A stretch of 64,000 nt of DNA from Alphaproteobacteria bacterium (GTDB lineage: Bacteria; Pseudomonadota; Alphaproteobacteria; MPNO01), in contig CBDFLJ010000001.1 in assembly GCA_965248835.1 (NCBI GenBank), positions 704,001 through 768,000 on the forward strand. Reading direction: 5' to 3'. The position numbers were made by a program, and so were the translations under genes. The notes below the pieces were generated by a model that did no database searches, was not told where the DNA came from, and saw only the letters and a program-made list of their open reading frames with translations. Within the stretch, counting starts at the first letter, position 1, and every line of letters begins with the position of its first letter. Of this stretch, positions 60,323-64,000 are shown in pieces.

Positions 60323-61972
60323 TCACGCCAGACCGAATCCCGGCAGCTCGTCGGCGGTGAAATCGGGCGAGGTCGGGCCGAAGGGAATTTCCGCGCCCGG
60401 TGCCGGCGGCGGCGCAGGCGGCTTGGCGAGGACGACTTCGGCGCTCAGCATCATGCCGGCAACCGAAGCCGCGTTGCGCAGCGACGCGCGCACGACATCG
60501 AGCGGATCGGTGATGCCGGCCTCGACCATGTTCTTGACCACGCCGTCGCGCACATCGAAGCCGAGACCGGAATCCTCGCTCTGGGCGATCCCGGCGGCGA
60601 TGGCCCTGCCGGGCGCGCCGGCGTTGTCCGCGATCTGGCGCAACGGGGCCGCGAGCGCTGCGGCAAGGATCCGCGCGGCCGGATCATCGGCGGCAAGCGC
60701 GCGCGCGGCATGGAGCAGGGCCGCGCCGCCGCCCGGCACCACCCCGCCGACAAGCGCCGCCCGGGCTGCACGCGCGGCATCGCGCACGCGCTCGGAGTCG
60801 ATGGCGATCTCGGCTTCGGAGGCGCCGCCGACCCTCACCACGGCAACGCCGCCGGACAGGCGGGCCAGCCGGTCCTGCAGCAGGCTGCGGTCGTAGTCGA
60901 TCCTGGCCAGGCCCATGGCGATGCGGATCTCGGCCTGCCGATCCGCGATCAGGGCGGGATCGCCGTCGCCTTCGATGATCAACGTGTCGTCCTTGGAGAC
61001 CTGGATGCGGCGCGCGCCGCCCAAGACTTCCGAGCCGGCACTTGCAAGCGACAAGCCCTTGTCCTCGGCGACCACGTGCGCGCCGGTGAGCGTCGCCGCA
61101 TCCTCCAGCGCCGCGCGGCGGCGGTCGCCGAAATGGGGCGCGCGGGCCGCGACCAGGTGCAGTCCGCCGCGGATCTTGTTGGTGGTCAGCGTCTGGAGCG
61201 CCTCGTCCTGGATCGTCTCGGCGATCACGGCGAGCGGCCGGCGGGCGCGGACGGCGGCCTCGAGCAGCCGCAGCAGCGGCTCGTGCCGGTCGAGCTTGCC
61301 GTCGTAAAGCAGGATCAACGGGCGGTCGTATGCGCACAGCAGCGTGTCGGGATCGGTCATGAAATAGGGGCTCGCATAGCCCTGGTCGAAGCGGATGCCG
61401 CGGACGATCTCGCAGGCGGTCTCGCGCGCCTGACCCGGCTCGACCGAAACCACGCCGTCGACGCCCACCGCCTCGACGGCACGGGCGGCGATCGCGCCGA
61501 TCCGGGCATCGCCGGCGGCGGCGGCGGTGGCGAGGCGCGCCAGCGCGGGCCCGGGCTCGACCGGCCTCGCCGCGGCCTCGAGTGCGGCCAGCACGCTCAG
61601 CACCGCGCGGTCGAGCCCGGTCTTGAGCGCCAGCGGATCGATCCCGGCCGCGGCCAGGCTCAGCCCCTGGTCGAGGATCTCCGCGGCGAGCACGGCCGCG
61701 GTGGTCCGGCCGTCGCCCGCCTCCTCGGCGCTGTGCCGCGCGGCCTGGCGGATCAACCGCGCCCCCATGTCCGCGAAGCGGTCGGCGAGCTCGATCTCCT
61801 CGGCAATCCGCGCGCCGTCACGGGTCGCACGCGGCGCGCCCCCCGCGGCCTCGATCAGGACCGTCCGCCCCGCCGGCCCCAGGCTCACCCGCACCGCATC
61901 GGCCAGGACGCGGGCACCGGCCGCAAGCCGGAGCCGCGCCGGGCCGCCGAACGCCAGATGGGCAATCGCCAC
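60323..61972 (-). CDS. groEL: Divergent GroEL (Cpn60) paralogue
   Basis: LADAVRVSLGPAGR, TRDG, AGDGRTTA, GIRFDQGYASPYF, RLARLSGGVAVVRVG, GVVPGGG, GITDP; no GGM tail, no adjacent groES. Confidence 0.85.
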   Translation of the reverse strand: MAIAHLAFGGPARLRLAAGARVLADAVRVSLGPAGRTVLIEAAGGAPRATRDGARIAEEIELADRFADMGARLIRQAARHSAEEAGDGRTTAAVLAAEILDQGLSLAAAGIDPLALKTGLDRAVLSVLAALEAAARPVEPGPALARLATAAAAGDARIGAIAARAVEAVGVDGVVSVEPGQARETACEIVRGIRFDQGYASPYFMTDPDTLLCAYDRPLILLYDGKLDRHEPLLRLLEAAVRARRPLAVIAETIQDEALQTLTTNKIRGGLHLVAARAPHFGDRRRAALEDAATLTGAHVVAEDKGLSLASAGSEVLGGARRIQVSKDDTLIIEGDGDPALIADRQAEIRIAMGLARIDYDRSLLQDRLARLSGGVAVVRVGGASEAEIAIDSERVRDAARAARAALVGGVVPGGGAALLHAARALAADDPAARILAAALAAPLRQIADNAGAPGRAIAAGIAQSEDSGLGFDVRDGVVKNMVEAGITDPLDVVRASLRNAASVAGMMLSAEVVLAKPPAPPPAPGAEIPFGPTSPDFTADELPGFGLA

Positions 61973-61975
61973 CGG

Positions 61976-62140
61976 CTAGCGTCCCGCCTTCGCCGCGCGG
62001 CGGTAGCGGGGGAAACAGCGCCGGAGCATCCCGTTCATGCAGGATTCGAAGCCCGGCCCGAAGGCCGCGCGCATGAGCACGCCGAACCGCTTGCCGACGC
62101 CTTCGAGCGAGATCCGCGCATCGGAGCCGCCGCCGGTCAT
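61976..62140 (-). pseudogene. Possible remnant of an ABC transporter ATP-binding gene
   Basis: MTGGGSDARISLEGVGKRFG resembles the first beta strands of an ABC ATPase; no Walker A follows. Confidence 0.35.
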
Positions 62141-62154
62141 ATCGGCCGAGGCGA

Positions 62155-62673
62155 TCAGACCGGGAACACCAGGTTGTTGTCGATCATCACGGTATCGTAG
62201 ACGCACCTTCGGTCCTTGATCAGCAGCGTATCGCCGTTGCGGACCAGGACGTCATAATACTTGCCGACCTGCTGGATAGTGCTGGGTCCATCGACCAGGG
62301 TCTGGACCAGCATATAGCTCGCCTGCGCGGTGATGGTCGGCTCGTCGACGGCGAGGATGCGGGTGTTGGTGATGCGAAGCTGCAGGTAGCGCGGGGCGTA
62401 CATCTCGGTGTGGCGCAGCGCGAAGGCGCGGTCCTTCAGCATCGCCTTGCCTTCGCAATAGACCAGGCCGAGCGGCAGGCCGTGATCGTCGTTGTCGCGC
62501 GCGATCACCTTGTAGTTGGCGTCCTCGGTGAAGAACTCGGGCCAGCTCTCGATCTCGCCGCGCTCCAGCACCGCGGCATACTCGTAATAGAACTCCTCGA
62601 CCTCCATCCGCACCTCGCGGAGCGACGCGCGGCTCGTCGGCCCTTGGGCCTCGACCGGGACCCGGCTCGCCAT
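62155..62673 (-). CDS. Aromatic ring-hydroxylating oxygenase beta subunit (NagH/AndAd-like)
   Basis: WPEFFTEDANYKVIARDN...LPL..VYCEGKAMLKDR, VGKYYD, CVYD...LVFPV. Confidence 0.9.
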   Translation of the reverse strand: MASRVPVEAQGPTSRASLREVRMEVEEFYYEYAAVLERGEIESWPEFFTEDANYKVIARDNDDHGLPLGLVYCEGKAMLKDRAFALRHTEMYAPRYLQLRITNTRILAVDEPTITAQASYMLVQTLVDGPSTIQQVGKYYDVLVRNGDTLLIKDRRCVYDTVMIDNNLVFPV

Positions 62674-62834
62674 CGCTAAGTGGCCGCACTCGGCAGGCGC
62701 GTCATGCCTTCCCCGAGCCGGCATCGCTCGCGGGCGCGGCACCAAGGGTGCCGGCTCCGCGCGGCTTCGCCGCATGTCCGGGATGAGGGGCCGGGCCGCC
62801 GTGGTCGTCGCACCGGATCGCTCTCCGCCTGCGC

Positions 62835-64000
62835 CTACAACGCCATCACTTGCCGGTAATAGCGGTACATCGCCCGGATCGCGCGTTCGGTGATGATCGT
62901 CGCCGAGTTCTCGTCGTCGTCGCCGAGCATCGCAAGGCCGACCCGAGGCATCGAGCGGCGCAGGCCTTCCTGCAGGAACTTCAGCGCTTCGTTGTCCTCG
63001 ATACCGAGGAACCCGCCGGGCCCGAAGACGTTGTTCTGGCGCAAGCGGTGGCGGGTCATCTCCTCGTCGTCGGAGGCCCGGCCGAAGACGGCCCAGATCA
63101 TCATCAACTCGTTCGGCCCGCGCGGCACGATGATCCGCGTGTTCAGGATGTTGGTCTGGCGCAGCGCGCTGAGGTTGGGGAAGATCGTCATCGCCACGCC
63201 CGACCAGGGCGAATCGCCGAACTCCCGAACGAAATTGAGCACGCTGGGATCGTTCAGCTCATAGCCCTCGCGGAAGGCCTGCATGTTGGCCCGCTCTTCC
63301 TCGTCGACCTGCGGGGCGCCGTCGGGCCGGCGTGACTTGAGCGCGCTGTGACGCCCGCTCGGATCGACCAGGATGTCGGATTCGTTGCTGGTCACGAACA
63401 GGCCGAATGTCGTCAGGTAGGTGTGCAGCAGCGTCGCGTGATAGGGGTCCTTCAGGTTCTCCTGATAGAGCTTCCAGTTGCCGGGCAGGATGTTGCGGTG
63501 GAGGCCCAGCAGGCGCAGCTCCTCGCCCGGAAAGATCGAGTTGAATTGCTCCAGGATCTCCGGTCCGAGATAGTCCTCCAGCGGCACGGTCTCTGCCGAG
63601 GCGGTCACGAAAATCGTGCCGTGATGGGTCTGGACCTTGAATTTCCGCAGCCCGTGTTCGTCCATCTCGAAGGCGCGCGTCATGCCGCCTTTGCCCTTGA
63701 CCCCGCGGCGGAACGGGATCGCGACCAGATTGCCTTTCAGGTCGTAGGTCCAGTTGTGATAGGGGCAGATGAAGGTCTCGGTGTTGCCGCGGTACTCGCG
63801 GCAGTACTCGACCCCGCGGTGGGCGCAGCGGTTTTCGAAGACGTGGATCTCGCCGTCCATGTCCCTTGTGACCACCACCGGTATGTCACCGACGAAGGAG
63901 CGGAAATAGTCGCCCGGGTTCGGCGCCTCGCATTCCAGGCCGACGAAGTTCCAGTGCCTGCCAAGGAAGATCCGTTCCTGCTCCAGCGCATAGATGCGAG
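62835..64000 (-). CDS. Aromatic ring-hydroxylating oxygenase alpha subunit (NagG/salicylate 5-hydroxylase-like); 5' end outside the window
   Basis: EQERIFLGRHWNFVGLECE; ENRCAHRG...CPYHNW; NWKLYQENLKDPYHATLLH; GPGGFLGIED. Confidence 0.9.
   Translation of the reverse strand, partial: RIYALEQERIFLGRHWNFVGLECEAPNPGDYFRSFVGDIPVVVTRDMDGEIHVFENRCAHRGVEYCREYRGNTETFICPYHNWTYDLKGNLVAIPFRRGVKGKGGMTRAFEMDEHGLRKFKVQTHHGTIFVTASAETVPLEDYLGPEILEQFNSIFPGEELRLLGLHRNILPGNWKLYQENLKDPYHATLLHTYLTTFGLFVTSNESDILVDPSGRHSALKSRRPDGAPQVDEEERANMQAFREGYELNDPSVLNFVREFGDSPWSGVAMTIFPNLSALRQTNILNTRIIVPRGPNELMMIWAVFGRASDDEEMTRHRLRQNNVFGPGGFLGIEDNEALKFLQEGLRRSMPRVGLAMLGDDDENSATIITERAIRAMYRYYRQVMAL

Overview
A 64 kb, gene-dense, high-GC bacterial chromosomal segment, most likely alphaproteobacterial (Rhodospirillales-like; inferred from the style of the pyrE, queA, tgt, queG and dusA proteins). 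I call about 65 CDS; no rRNA, tRNA, CRISPR array, integrase or transposase was recognised. Most genes are catabolic or redox enzymes: a GMC oxidase plus UbiD decarboxylase, three Rieske oxygenases, an aryl-CoA ligase, a three-subunit Mo-hydroxylase, and several hydrolases and dehydrogenases. Main points: (1) two selenoprotein genes that the ORF track splits at in-frame TGA codons (AhpD-like CxxU inside the queA-tgt-queG-dusA cluster; exported peroxiredoxin-like UxxC), each with a SECIS-like hairpin; (2) a PspA/YjfI/YjfK/DUF350/polyamine aminopropyltransferase/K+ channel locus with an internal sigma32-type promoter, a tandem GTGAC/GTCAC palindromic operator, and a yjfI gene with two in-frame starts whose long form carries a putative DNA-binding module; (3) a pyrK-pyrD(1B)-N-carbamoyl amidohydrolase-pyrC-pyrE operon resembling a reductive orotate catabolic pathway; (4) a lower-GC ABC-ATPase + DUF4276/TOPRIM pair (PARIS-like defence candidate); (5) a divergent GroEL paralogue without GroES downstream of a ring-hydroxylating oxygenase; (6) a perfect 24-bp AT-rich palindrome and an unannotated 51-aa membrane protein. 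All calls come from motif recognition by eye; no database searches were run.
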